From an uncultured Rickettsiales bacterium (lineage in GTDB: Bacteria > Pseudomonadota > Alphaproteobacteria > Rickettsiales > UBA1997), in assembly GCA_947167315.1 (NCBI GenBank), contig CAMVHP010000001.1, positions 4,021-68,020 on the forward strand: a DNA stretch of 64,000 nt. The letters are read 5' to 3'. A model generated the notes under the pieces. It searched no databases and was not told the origin of the DNA. It worked only from the letters and a program-made list of their open reading frames with translations. The translations under genes were made by a program, and so were the position numbers. Positions 9,721 through 19,082 of the stretch are shown in pieces (the first letter of the stretch is position 1; each line of letters starts with the position of its first letter).

Positions 9721-10413
9721 TTACGAAAAATCAACTATTTTTTTATCTTTTATGGTTATGATTTTATCACAATTTTTTGCCAATTCAATGTTATGCGATA
9801 CCATCAACAATGCCAAATTGTATCTTCTGACTATATCAAAAAATAAATTCATAACATTTTTTGAATTAACCTCGTCCAAATTACCGGTAGGCTCATCCGC
9901 CAATATCAACTTTGGATGATTCACCACAGCCCTAGCAATAGCAACTCTTTGTTTCTCACCACCGGACAGCTCCGCTGGCATGTTATTGATTTTATTCTTT
10001 AGATATAAAAGTTCCAGCAATTCTTCTGCTTTTTTGAAAGCTTCCTTTTTGCTGTAGCCGCTAATCAGCAGTGGAATTGCTACATTTTCAAGGGTCGTAA
10101 ATTCTGGAAAAACGTTGTAGGCCTGATAAACAAACCCTATGTTATTTTTTCTAATATTAGTTCTTTCCTTTTCGCTTAATACGGTTGTGTTTACACCATT
10201 TATCCAAACAGAGCCACCCGTGGGTGTGTCTATTAGACCACACATCTGCAACAACGTTGTTTTTCCACAACCAGATTTACCTATAAATGAAACTATTTCA
10301 CCACTCTGTATTGAAAAAGAGGAATCTTCTATAACGGAAAATTCGTTTTTTGATCCCTCTTTAAACTTTTTTGTAATATTTTTAGTTTCTAAAACTATTG
10401 TGCTGATTCCCAT
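9721..10413 (-). CDS. ABC transporter ATP-binding protein, LolD/MacB-type
   Basis: Walker A GKSGCGKTT, signature LSGGEKQR, Walker B LILADEPT. It is colinear by eye with E. coli LolD. No lolC/lolE permease gene is adjacent. Confidence 0.8.
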   Translation of the reverse strand: MGISTIVLETKNITKKFKEGSKNEFSVIEDSSFSIQSGEIVSFIGKSGCGKTTLLQMCGLIDTPTGGSVWINGVNTTVLSEKERTNIRKNNIGFVYQAYNVFPEFTTLENVAIPLLISGYSKKEAFKKAEELLELLYLKNKINNMPAELSGGEKQRVAIARAVVNHPKLILADEPTGNLDEVNSKNVMNLFFDIVRRYNLALLMVSHNIELAKNCDKIITIKDKKIVDFS

Positions 10414-10634
10414 TCTCCAGCGTGACTATTATTGTATTCGATATTACTAGAATCTGCCTCGCTATCTTCAAGTATAACCCCTTCGTCAACTATTGTTTGG
10501 CAAACACCACAATCTATACATTGGCTGGCATCAATCACAAATTCACCTGAATTCTTTCTAAAACAATTACAAGGGCAAGACATTGCCGCTTCTTCCAATT
10601 TTGAGTCTTTTGTTTTAACTACTACTCTTGGCAT
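10395..10634 (-). CDS. Small ferredoxin-like protein derived from the FdxA type, keeping a single 4Fe-4S ligand set
   Basis: SCPCNCF...EFVIDASQCIDCGVC aligns by eye with the FdxA core VCPVDCF...CIDCGVC. The N-terminal CxxCxxxxC and the final CP are missing. Confidence 0.65.
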   Translation of the reverse strand: MPRVVVKTKDSKLEEAAMSCPCNCFRKNSGEFVIDASQCIDCGVCQTIVDEGVILEDSEADSSNIEYNNSHAGEWESAQ

Positions 10635-10692
10635 TAGTTTAAATGTTGTTAAGTAGCCGTTATGCTAAAATATTTTTTGTATAAATCAAGTT

Positions 10693-11919
10693 TTATTTCA
10701 GTCTAAACACCTTAAAGCACCTGTGTAACAGTTCCAAACCATTAGCACAGGCAAAGACCATACCGTAGTTAATATATTTTATATTTAGTTTATCCAACAG
10801 TCGCAACCGTGAATTATATTCCTGTTTGTCTATCATACAACCACCACAAATTATAGCTAAATCATACTTTTTTAACTTTTCCTCTTCCATAAAGGTATCG
10901 CCAAAATTAAAATCAATATTGATATTCTTATAATTTGTAATTTTTTTTATAATGTTAGGGATTTGTACTGTCGCTATATCATTACATTTTCTGTCGTGTT
11001 TACAGGCTTCCACTATCAAAACATTTCCATTATTCTGTAGGTCACATAGCTTTTTAACTCCATCAAAAAATCTTAAAATATTTCCACCACTCATGAAATT
11101 AGTCATCAACATTGAAAATGTTGTTAAATAAACATTATTTGGTATGTAACTGTATATTGTGCCCAAAGCCTGACTATCTGTTATTACAAAAAACAAGTCC
11201 TTTAAACTATCTATAAGGCTTTTAAATTCTTGAGCGTTAAAATCTTTTAGACTAGGTTTATACAATACCGGTATAGCACCAGCCTTTAATAGCCTTTCGA
11301 TTGTTATACTTTGAGGCCTTAGTAGTCGTAATTCCGGACTTTCTTCATCCATTGGTATGACCAGCAAAACAAACCTATTGCATAGGTTTACATTTGGTAA
11401 AAAATCGACAGCATAAACATTTTGTTTTTTATAGTTCTTTATTATAAAATCCGTAACCACCAACTGCTTCGAAAAATCATTACAGTTCACAACTGAACAT
11501 TTACAATCATTAATAACATCATAATTTTTATCGCCGCTAAAATCGTTATAAATTACAAGGTGTTGTTTATTTTGTTTTTTTATGTAAATTAAAGTGTCGT
11601 TTTCTTCTTTTGAAAGTTTTTTAACACCGTTTTTTACAACAAGGATAATCAAATCGCTATTGTCAATAACATTTAGTGTTTTTTGTCTCTTCTTTTCTCC
11701 CAATTCTCCACTTTCATCTATGCCGGCAGTATCAATAATTTTGACCGCACCAAATCCATGTATTTCCATCAAACTCTTTACACTATCCGCCGTTGTACCA
11801 GCTTTATTATCAACTATTGACTTGTTTTTCTGACCCGTTATTAAATTAAAGAGAGTTGATTTACCAACATTCACTTTGCGAACTATACTCATGATGATTC
11901 TCTCTTTAAATTGTCCCAC
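10693..11919 (-). CDS. hydF: [FeFe]-hydrogenase maturation GTPase HydF-like protein
   Basis: N-terminal GTPase (NVGKST, GTTAD, DTAG) and a C-terminal dimerisation/cluster domain with EACKH...CGGC. It is colinear by eye with Thermotoga HydF. The start is GTG at 11919. An ATG at 11892 is an alternative but would truncate beta-strand 1. Confidence 0.8.
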   Translation of the reverse strand: MGQFKERIIMSIVRKVNVGKSTLFNLITGQKNKSIVDNKAGTTADSVKSLMEIHGFGAVKIIDTAGIDESGELGEKKRQKTLNVIDNSDLIILVVKNGVKKLSKEENDTLIYIKKQNKQHLVIYNDFSGDKNYDVINDCKCSVVNCNDFSKQLVVTDFIIKNYKKQNVYAVDFLPNVNLCNRFVLLVIPMDEESPELRLLRPQSITIERLLKAGAIPVLYKPSLKDFNAQEFKSLIDSLKDLFFVITDSQALGTIYSYIPNNVYLTTFSMLMTNFMSGGNILRFFDGVKKLCDLQNNGNVLIVEACKHDRKCNDIATVQIPNIIKKITNYKNINIDFNFGDTFMEEEKLKKYDLAIICGGCMIDKQEYNSRLRLLDKLNIKYINYGMVFACANGLELLHRCFKVFRLK

Positions 11920-11926
11920 TTCGTCT

Positions 11927-13006
11927 TCATTTTATTTTATTAATATAATGCGGGCTAGAATCTTTGTTTGAATAGACTATGTGTAAACCATTATTTTCAA
12001 TGTTTTTAGCAAACAATTTTAATGTTTCATCCCCATCGTTATCAATGTTTGGCTTATTTTGATAAAGTTGATAATTGTGTCTGTTGCTTTTTGGAGTTAT
12101 GGCCGGCATAGCCACATTACTAGCTATTTTTAACGCCGTCATCCTACCATCACCCGAGATAACATCTAAAGCCGTTGCCGCAGCTATGTTTGCTGTAGGT
12201 TTACATATTCTTAACATACACAAAAAATTCAAGGTTTTATTTAAAATTTTAAATTTGTTTTTATTCCAGTTGTCAATATTTTCAATAGTGGCTAACGGAG
12301 TATCCGTATGTATTATGTACGGCCCAAGTCCAAACATATCAAATTTATCATCCAGAAAAAATCTTAGATCCTTTACAATATCTTCATCCGTCTGATGCGG
12401 TACCCCTATCATGTTTCCGGTTCCCACCTGATAGTCAGCATCATTCAAATCCTGTAGACATTGCAATCTCTTTGCATGTGAATGGTCAGATGGATGCAAT
12501 TTTTTATATAATTCTTCGCTACTGGTTTCGATTCTCAACAGATATCTATTTACCCCCAATTCCCGCAGTTCTTTATAAAAATCAAAATCAAATTCACCAC
12601 TTGACAGTGTTATGTTTAAAAAATTATACTTATTCTTTATGGTTTTGATAACGTTTCTTAAATAATCCTTAAAGTCATCAGTGGTTAATTCACCGGACTG
12701 TAAAACTATCGACTGTATTTTACTATCCACAACAAAATCAACACAACTCATTATGTCTTCAATACTTAATCTGTATCTGATAACTTTACTATTGCCACTT
12801 CTTATGCCACAGTATAGACAATTTTTTCTACAGATATTTGAAAATTCAATTAATCCCCTCGCAAAAACTCCATTACCAAAAACATCGTTTTTAACTCTGG
12901 ATGAATAATTCCACAATTTCTTCTGCTGTTCTCCTTCACAGTTTAGTACTTCAATTAATTCTTTATCATTAAAATTAATCAAATTTTCAAAATTGTCTAT
13001 AGTCAT
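11927..13006 (-). CDS. hydE: [FeFe]-hydrogenase maturase HydE-like radical SAM protein
   Basis: EFSNICRKNCLYCGIRSGN, IVLQSGE, VNRYLLRIETS, GTGNMIGVPHQT and FDMFGLGPYI.H.DTPLA align block for block by eye with Thermotoga HydE. Confidence 0.85.
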   Translation of the reverse strand: MTIDNFENLINFNDKELIEVLNCEGEQQKKLWNYSSRVKNDVFGNGVFARGLIEFSNICRKNCLYCGIRSGNSKVIRYRLSIEDIMSCVDFVVDSKIQSIVLQSGELTTDDFKDYLRNVIKTIKNKYNFLNITLSSGEFDFDFYKELRELGVNRYLLRIETSSEELYKKLHPSDHSHAKRLQCLQDLNDADYQVGTGNMIGVPHQTDEDIVKDLRFFLDDKFDMFGLGPYIIHTDTPLATIENIDNWNKNKFKILNKTLNFLCMLRICKPTANIAAATALDVISGDGRMTALKIASNVAMPAITPKSNRHNYQLYQNKPNIDNDGDETLKLFAKNIENNGLHIVYSNKDSSPHYINKIK

Positions 13007-15780
13007 TAGTGAACTTCACTCCAATTTGTTCCGGTTTTTAACTCAACCGGTAATTTTATGTCAAAGGTTACCACATTTTCCATAGTATCCTTAACAATCT
13101 GTTTAACCTCCTCTAAACAATCGTTTTTAACCTCAATTAGCAATTCGTCGTGTATCTGCAGTATAATTTTAGCATCATAATTTTTTATTCCATTATACAC
13201 GCCAATCATCGCTTTTTTTATGATATCGGCACCAGTACCCTGTATCGGTGCATTTATAGCCAACCTTTCCAAAAATGACTTCTGTGGTTCCTTAGAATTA
13301 ATCAAATCTATGTAGCATACCCTGCCAAACATCGTTTTAACAAAACCATTTTTGTTAGCAAAAAACTTTATGTTTTCCATATAGTCTTTTATTTCCGGAT
13401 ATAAATTAAAGTAACTGTTCATATAATTTTTAGCATCACTGTTACTCATATCAAGTCTTTTAGCAAGGCCATATTGAGTTGTACCATACACTATACTAAA
13501 GTTAATAGCCTTCGCCATTCTTCTCATCTCCGGCGTTATTTCGTCCGTTTTAAATACAGTTTTTGCCGTTTCGGTATGTATATCTAAATTATTTTTAAAA
13601 CTCTCTATTAATTTAACCACATGAGCATACTGTGCTAATATTCTCAATTCTATTTGTGAATAATCAACGCCTATGAAACTATAACCGCTTTTAGCAACAA
13701 AAGTTTTTCTAATTTTTTCACCATCATCGGTTCTTATTGGTATATTCTGTAGATTTGGATTGTTGGAACTTAGACGACCAGTTATAACGTAGGTATTTGA
13801 ATAGGTTGTATGAACTCTTGAATCTTTGTCAATCAATTTCTGCAGTGTGTCCGTATAGGTATTTTTTAACTTCGTATAGTGTCTATACTCCAAAACATCT
13901 CCGGCTATATCAAACCCCATCTGGTACAAAGTTTCCAATATCTCAACATCCGTAGAATACACACCAGATTTGTTTGCTTTTTTCACAGGCGGTAAATTCA
14001 TTTTATTAAACAATATCTCGCTTAGCTGCTTTGGTGAATTGATATTAAATTCAACACCAGCGGTTTTATAGATATTTTCCTCAAGTCTCAATAGCTCTAT
14101 GGAAAAATAATTAGATAACTTTTTTAATTCCCCAATGTCGATTTTAACCCCCACAAACTCCATATCCGCCAAAACTTTCACCAGTGGATTTTCCACCTCA
14201 TCATAAAGTTTTTTTAGCTCAGTATTTTCATCTTCTTTTAATCTACCGGATAATATTTCATGAATTATACCAAAAACATCTATTTTAAAACAATTAAAAT
14301 TAAAAATATTATCCGTTAACTGTGCCAAATCTTTACCTTTGTCATACTGCTCCAAAACAGTGTTATTTTTTTCAAGATTATTCATCTTAATTTCAGCATT
14401 ATTCATCAGGTAATTTTCAATTATTCCACTTAAGTTATGCCTATATTTTCCATTGTCCAACAGATAGGACATGACGGAAATATCATCATAATTCACAATG
14501 TCTATACTATATCGCCTCAAAATTCTGATTTGCTTCTTCACATCATAGGATATTTTTAAAAGTTTATCATTTTCAAACACGGGTTTCAAAATATTCAAAA
14601 CATCGTGTAGCAACAGACAATCATTTTTAACATTTCCACCATCAAACAAATCATACTTTTCATTGTCATCGCAGATGCACACATAAAACACAAGATTTTT
14701 ACTTACATCATCGAAACATATTGAAGTAATTGAATTAAAATCATCTACAAAATTATTTGACAACTCAATTTCTAACCTGTCATTATTTTTCACCAACTCG
14801 GCGCAAACTTCATTTAGTGTTTTAATGTCTGTAATTTTTTTGTACCTACTGTTATTTTCACCACCCGAAGGCAGCACATCGTTTTCCACAGAAAATATTT
14901 TTTCTATTTCCTTTGCTATGCTATTAAACTCCATCCTATAGAGAAAATCTTTAAATTTTATCGGATCAAAGTTTTTAAATGTTAGTTCATCAATGTCAAC
15001 ACCCAAATCAACATCATCACACAAAGATATAAGTTTTTTTGACAATAACAATTTATCCATGTTTTCAACTATTGCTCTTTTTCTCTTTTCTTGTTTTATA
15101 TCATTAACGTTTTCTATTAAATTATCCAAACTACCAAAGGTATTCATCAATTCAACAGCTGTTTTTTCACCTATACTGGGAACTCCTGGTACATTATCCG
15201 AAGAGTCTCCCATCAGAGACAAAACACCCAAAAGTTGCTCAGGTTTTACTCCCCACTTTTCCTTAACTTCCTCCACACCTATTTTTTTAGCATCTTTTGT
15301 TTCATACAAAAATATATTTTCATTCACCAACTGCATCAGATCCTTATCGCTCGATATAATCCACACCTCGTAACCGTCCTTTTCTGCTTTTTTTGCCAAA
15401 GTTGCTATGACGTCATCTGCCTCATAGCCATTCTTTTCAATTGTTTTTATATTTAAAACCTCCACCACCTCTCTAATTATAGGAAATTGTGGTTTCATAT
15501 CCTCCGGAACTGGTGGTCTATTGGCCTTATAGTCCTCATATAATTCATTTCTAAATGTTCTATTACCCGTATCAAAAACAACCGCTATATGTGTACTTTT
15601 TAACTCTATAATTAAATTCATTAACATCCTAGTGAAGCCATAAACACCATTCACAGCAAGACCATCACTTCTTTTTTTAATATTTTTCAATGCGAAATAT
15701 GCCCTAAAGAAAAAGTTGTAGCCGTCCACCAAAACAAGTCTTTTCTTATCCATTTTTTTTAAAAAAATGATTTTATTCAA
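13006..15780 (-). CDS. polA: DNA polymerase I
   Basis: 924 aa. 5'-nuclease domain (LVDGYNFFFRAYFA), a central 3'-5' exo-like domain, and polymerase motifs (DYSQIELR, RRMAKAINFSIVYG, QIHDELL). An internal start at MDKKRL is possible. Confidence 0.95.
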   Translation of the reverse strand: MNKIIFLKKMDKKRLVLVDGYNFFFRAYFALKNIKKRSDGLAVNGVYGFTRMLMNLIIELKSTHIAVVFDTGNRTFRNELYEDYKANRPPVPEDMKPQFPIIREVVEVLNIKTIEKNGYEADDVIATLAKKAEKDGYEVWIISSDKDLMQLVNENIFLYETKDAKKIGVEEVKEKWGVKPEQLLGVLSLMGDSSDNVPGVPSIGEKTAVELMNTFGSLDNLIENVNDIKQEKRKRAIVENMDKLLLSKKLISLCDDVDLGVDIDELTFKNFDPIKFKDFLYRMEFNSIAKEIEKIFSVENDVLPSGGENNSRYKKITDIKTLNEVCAELVKNNDRLEIELSNNFVDDFNSITSICFDDVSKNLVFYVCICDDNEKYDLFDGGNVKNDCLLLHDVLNILKPVFENDKLLKISYDVKKQIRILRRYSIDIVNYDDISVMSYLLDNGKYRHNLSGIIENYLMNNAEIKMNNLEKNNTVLEQYDKGKDLAQLTDNIFNFNCFKIDVFGIIHEILSGRLKEDENTELKKLYDEVENPLVKVLADMEFVGVKIDIGELKKLSNYFSIELLRLEENIYKTAGVEFNINSPKQLSEILFNKMNLPPVKKANKSGVYSTDVEILETLYQMGFDIAGDVLEYRHYTKLKNTYTDTLQKLIDKDSRVHTTYSNTYVITGRLSSNNPNLQNIPIRTDDGEKIRKTFVAKSGYSFIGVDYSQIELRILAQYAHVVKLIESFKNNLDIHTETAKTVFKTDEITPEMRRMAKAINFSIVYGTTQYGLAKRLDMSNSDAKNYMNSYFNLYPEIKDYMENIKFFANKNGFVKTMFGRVCYIDLINSKEPQKSFLERLAINAPIQGTGADIIKKAMIGVYNGIKNYDAKIILQIHDELLIEVKNDCLEEVKQIVKDTMENVVTFDIKLPVELKTGTNWSEVH

Positions 15781-15877
15781 AGATAATTTTTATTATTTAA
15801 AAAACAATTAAAATTAATTATTATTGTTTTTATAATTTATTGTTTTACAATTTATGTAAGAATTTTATTTTTTTACA

Positions 15878-16372
15878 ATGACCAAAGAATTTGTAGCAAT
15901 AGGAAAAATTTTAACAACACATGGCCTAATTGGAAACATTAAACTAGAAAGTTTTTGTGAAAATCCGGAGGAAATATTTAGCTATAATTTATATACCAAC
16001 AATGGCAACAAAATATCCTGCAGAAAAGTCGGTAAAACAAGCAAAAATAATATTTTTATAGCAAAAATTGACGGTGTTAACTCCATAGATGAAGCAATGG
16101 AGCTTAAAAATAATGAAATATTTGTCAAGAGAGAAGAACTACAGGAAACAGAAGAAGATGAAGTTTACATTGACGATCTGCTTAACATGAAGGTCAACGG
16201 AGACGGAAAAACTGGCTCCATTATCGATGTATATAACTACGGTGCCGGTGACGTTATTGAAATAAAATGGGATGATAACAAAATCGAATCCGTACCATTT
16301 ACAAAAGATTTCATAAAAGACGTAGATAAAGAAAACAATATTATATACATAAATTTACCAAAATACATTTAG
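15878..16372 (+). CDS. rimM: 16S rRNA processing protein RimM
   Basis: 164 aa. IGKILTTHGLIGNIKLESF N-terminal barrel plus a PRC-barrel-like C-terminus (GAGDVIEIK). Confidence 0.85.
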   Translation: MTKEFVAIGKILTTHGLIGNIKLESFCENPEEIFSYNLYTNNGNKISCRKVGKTSKNNIFIAKIDGVNSIDEAMELKNNEIFVKREELQETEEDEVYIDDLLNMKVNGDGKTGSIIDVYNYGAGDVIEIKWDDNKIESVPFTKDFIKDVDKENNIIYINLPKYI

Positions 16373-16376
16373 TACG

Positions 16377-16958
16377 ATGACAAACAAAAAAATCAGCAGC
16401 CTGTTGGAAGAGATAAAAGATATATCCACCGAAGACGTAATAACGGTGGGTACAATATTAGACAACATAAAAGATAGCAAGTACTTGGTGATATTGTTCA
16501 CAACCATACTAATTCTAGCTCCAATTCCCATATTATCCACGATTTTTGGTATTATCTGTGCTACACTTATGGTACAGATAATATCCGGTAAAAAAAAACT
16601 AGCGCTTCCAACATTTGTTTTAAATTTTAAAATAAAAAGGAAGGCACTGGTTTATTCATTGGATAAAATTAATTATTTATTAAAAAAAATTGAGCGTTTC
16701 ACCAAAAATAGACTTTTATTCTTTACTAACGAAAAGTTTATAAATATTTCACTACTTTTTCTATCAATTTTGAGCATATCGCCGGTGCCTTTAGCCTGTT
16801 TTTTTGCAGGTTTTGGAATGGTGTTAATAATTTTTGGCTTTTTAAACAAAGATGGTCTATTTATTCCGTTGGGTATATTAAGCGGAATGATTGATATATG
16901 TATACACATAATTTTATTCATTTGTGGAGCAAATTTTCTGTCTAAATTAATGCACTAA
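16377..16958 (+). CDS. ExoD-family (exopolysaccharide synthesis) membrane protein
   Basis: ITVGTILDNIKD...LILAPIPILSTIFGI...ISGKKKLALP followed by several TM helices fits the ExoD family layout. Confidence 0.7.
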   Translation: MTNKKISSLLEEIKDISTEDVITVGTILDNIKDSKYLVILFTTILILAPIPILSTIFGIICATLMVQIISGKKKLALPTFVLNFKIKRKALVYSLDKINYLLKKIERFTKNRLLFFTNEKFINISLLFLSILSISPVPLACFFAGFGMVLIIFGFLNKDGLFIPLGILSGMIDICIHIILFICGANFLSKLMH

Positions 16959-17035
16959 ACCATTTATCTTTACTATTTACTTTTAAAAAAAATATACTAC
17001 ACTGATACAGATTTAACAACAACAAACAAATAAAA

Positions 17036-18970
17036 ATGTTGAAAATAGAGTTTTTAAACAAAGAGGTTGAGGTTGAAGACAACATCAATGGTTTTCAACT
17101 TATTAAGGCATTAAATATACCAACTGATGAAGCAAAAAAAATAATTGCTTTAACCACAGATGACGAAATTAAAGACCTAACAACCACCATAACTAACTCT
17201 AAAATAACATTTATAAGAAACGATTCATCAACGGGGCTAGATATTATAAGACATTCAACAGCACACCTTCTAGCCTACGCTGTTCAGGAATTATATGGAA
17301 AAGATGTAAAATTTACCATAGGTCCATCCATAGAAAATGGTTTTTACTATGATTTTGATATTGATAAACCATTTTCTGAAGATGATTTGACGACAATAGA
17401 AAACAAAATGAATGAACTTATAAAAAAAGACGATAAGTTTATAAGAGAAGTTTGGAAACGTGAAGATGCTTTAAAATACTTTAAAGATAAGAAACAGACC
17501 TACAAGGTGGAGTTAATAAACGATCTAGATCAAAACGAAAAAATAAGTGTTTACAAGCTCGGAGATTTTATTGACTTATGCAGAGGTCCACACGTTCCCT
17601 CCAGCAGATATTTAAAAAATTTCAAACTAACAAAGGTTGCCGGTGCCTACTGGAAGGGTAACAGCAACAACAAAATGTTACAAAGAATCTACGGTGTAGC
17701 CTTTGAAAGTGCTGAAAAATTAAAGGAGTATTTAAGCTTTATAGAGGAAGCGGAAAGACGAGACCATAGAAAAATATGTAAAGCTATGGATTTGGTACAC
17801 TTTGAGCCAGAATATGCCCCAGGTGCACCGTTCTACCATCCGAAAGGTTTATACATCTACAATAAACTCATATCCTACATGAGACAGAAACAGGATAACA
17901 CCGGTTATATAGAGGTATCAACCCCAAGAGTTATGGATAGAATTCTATGGGAAACCTCCGGACATTGGGAAAAATACGGAGAACACAACTATTCCGGACA
18001 AACAGAAGATGGAAAGCAGTTTTGTATAAAACCTATGAACTGCCCCGGAAGCGTTCTAATATACAAACAAGGTATAAAGTCCTATAGAGATTTACCACTA
18101 AAGATAGCTGAATTCGGTAAAGTTAACAGATATGAAGCAAGCGGATCGCTGTTGGGTCTTTTAAGGGTAAGAGAATTTACACAGGATGATGCGCACATTT
18201 TTTGTACTCCAGAACAGGCGGAAAAGGAATGTATAGAATTAACTGAATTTCTGCTGGATATATACAAAGATTTTGGTTTTGAAGATGTAAAAATAAAGCT
18301 ATCCACAAGACCAGAAAAAAGAATTGGAACAGAAGAGATTTGGGATATTTCAGAAAATGCTTTAGCTCAATCTCTAAAAAAACTTGGTCTAAACTACACG
18401 ATTTTTGAAGGTGAAGGAGCATTTTACGGCCCAAAACTGGAATTTGTTCTAAGGGATGCAATAGGCAGAGAATGGCAGGCCGGAACAATACAGTTTGACA
18501 TGAATCTACCAGAAAGATTTGATATATCGTATATCGGCGAAGACGGTCAAAAACACAGACCTATAATGTTACATAGGGCAATTTTCGGTTCCATTGAAAG
18601 ATTTATGGGAATTTTAATAGAACACACCGAGGGTAAATTCCCGCTGTGGATAAGCCCACTACACATAGGTATAGCAACGGTTGTGGATGATGCTAAAACC
18701 TATGCTGAATACGTGGAGGATAGATTAAGAAATGAAGGTTTTAAAATAAAAATAGATGTGTCAAATGAAAAGATAAATTATAAAATTAGAGAGATGTCTC
18801 TGGAAAAAATCCCCTATGTTTTAACCATCGGTAAAAAGGAAGAAAAAGATCACACCGTAAACGTAAGAACGTTAGGTAGTCAAGATAATATAGATATTTC
18901 TTTGGATGATTTTATAGGCAAGCTAAAAATGAAAATTAAACTTAAGGATAAAGACTATAATTTAAAATAG
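17036..18970 (+). CDS. thrS: Threonyl-tRNA synthetase
   Basis: 644 aa. TGS-like N-terminus, second additional domain (RHSTAHLLA), class II core (RVREFTQDDAHIF, GAFYGPKLEF) and anticodon-binding domain. Confidence 0.97.
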   Translation: MLKIEFLNKEVEVEDNINGFQLIKALNIPTDEAKKIIALTTDDEIKDLTTTITNSKITFIRNDSSTGLDIIRHSTAHLLAYAVQELYGKDVKFTIGPSIENGFYYDFDIDKPFSEDDLTTIENKMNELIKKDDKFIREVWKREDALKYFKDKKQTYKVELINDLDQNEKISVYKLGDFIDLCRGPHVPSSRYLKNFKLTKVAGAYWKGNSNNKMLQRIYGVAFESAEKLKEYLSFIEEAERRDHRKICKAMDLVHFEPEYAPGAPFYHPKGLYIYNKLISYMRQKQDNTGYIEVSTPRVMDRILWETSGHWEKYGEHNYSGQTEDGKQFCIKPMNCPGSVLIYKQGIKSYRDLPLKIAEFGKVNRYEASGSLLGLLRVREFTQDDAHIFCTPEQAEKECIELTEFLLDIYKDFGFEDVKIKLSTRPEKRIGTEEIWDISENALAQSLKKLGLNYTIFEGEGAFYGPKLEFVLRDAIGREWQAGTIQFDMNLPERFDISYIGEDGQKHRPIMLHRAIFGSIERFMGILIEHTEGKFPLWISPLHIGIATVVDDAKTYAEYVEDRLRNEGFKIKIDVSNEKINYKIREMSLEKIPYVLTIGKKEEKDHTVNVRTLGSQDNIDISLDDFIGKLKMKIKLKDKDYNLK

Positions 18971-18991
18971 TAACACATCAATATAACAAAT

Positions 18992-19026
18992 AAAAAAATA
19001 CCAGTTTAAAAAACTGGTATTTTTTT
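18992..19026. terminator. Bidirectional Rho-independent terminator between convergent thrS and the pilin gene
   Basis: Perfect 16-nt inverted arms, AAAAAAATACCAGTTT (18992-19007) and AAACTGGTATTTTTTT (19011-19026), with a 3-nt loop. This gives a U-tract in either direction. Confidence 0.7.
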
Positions 19027-19082
19027 ATTTTACATTACAACACTAACTTAAAAATAAGCTATAGACGTACAACTCCACTCCA

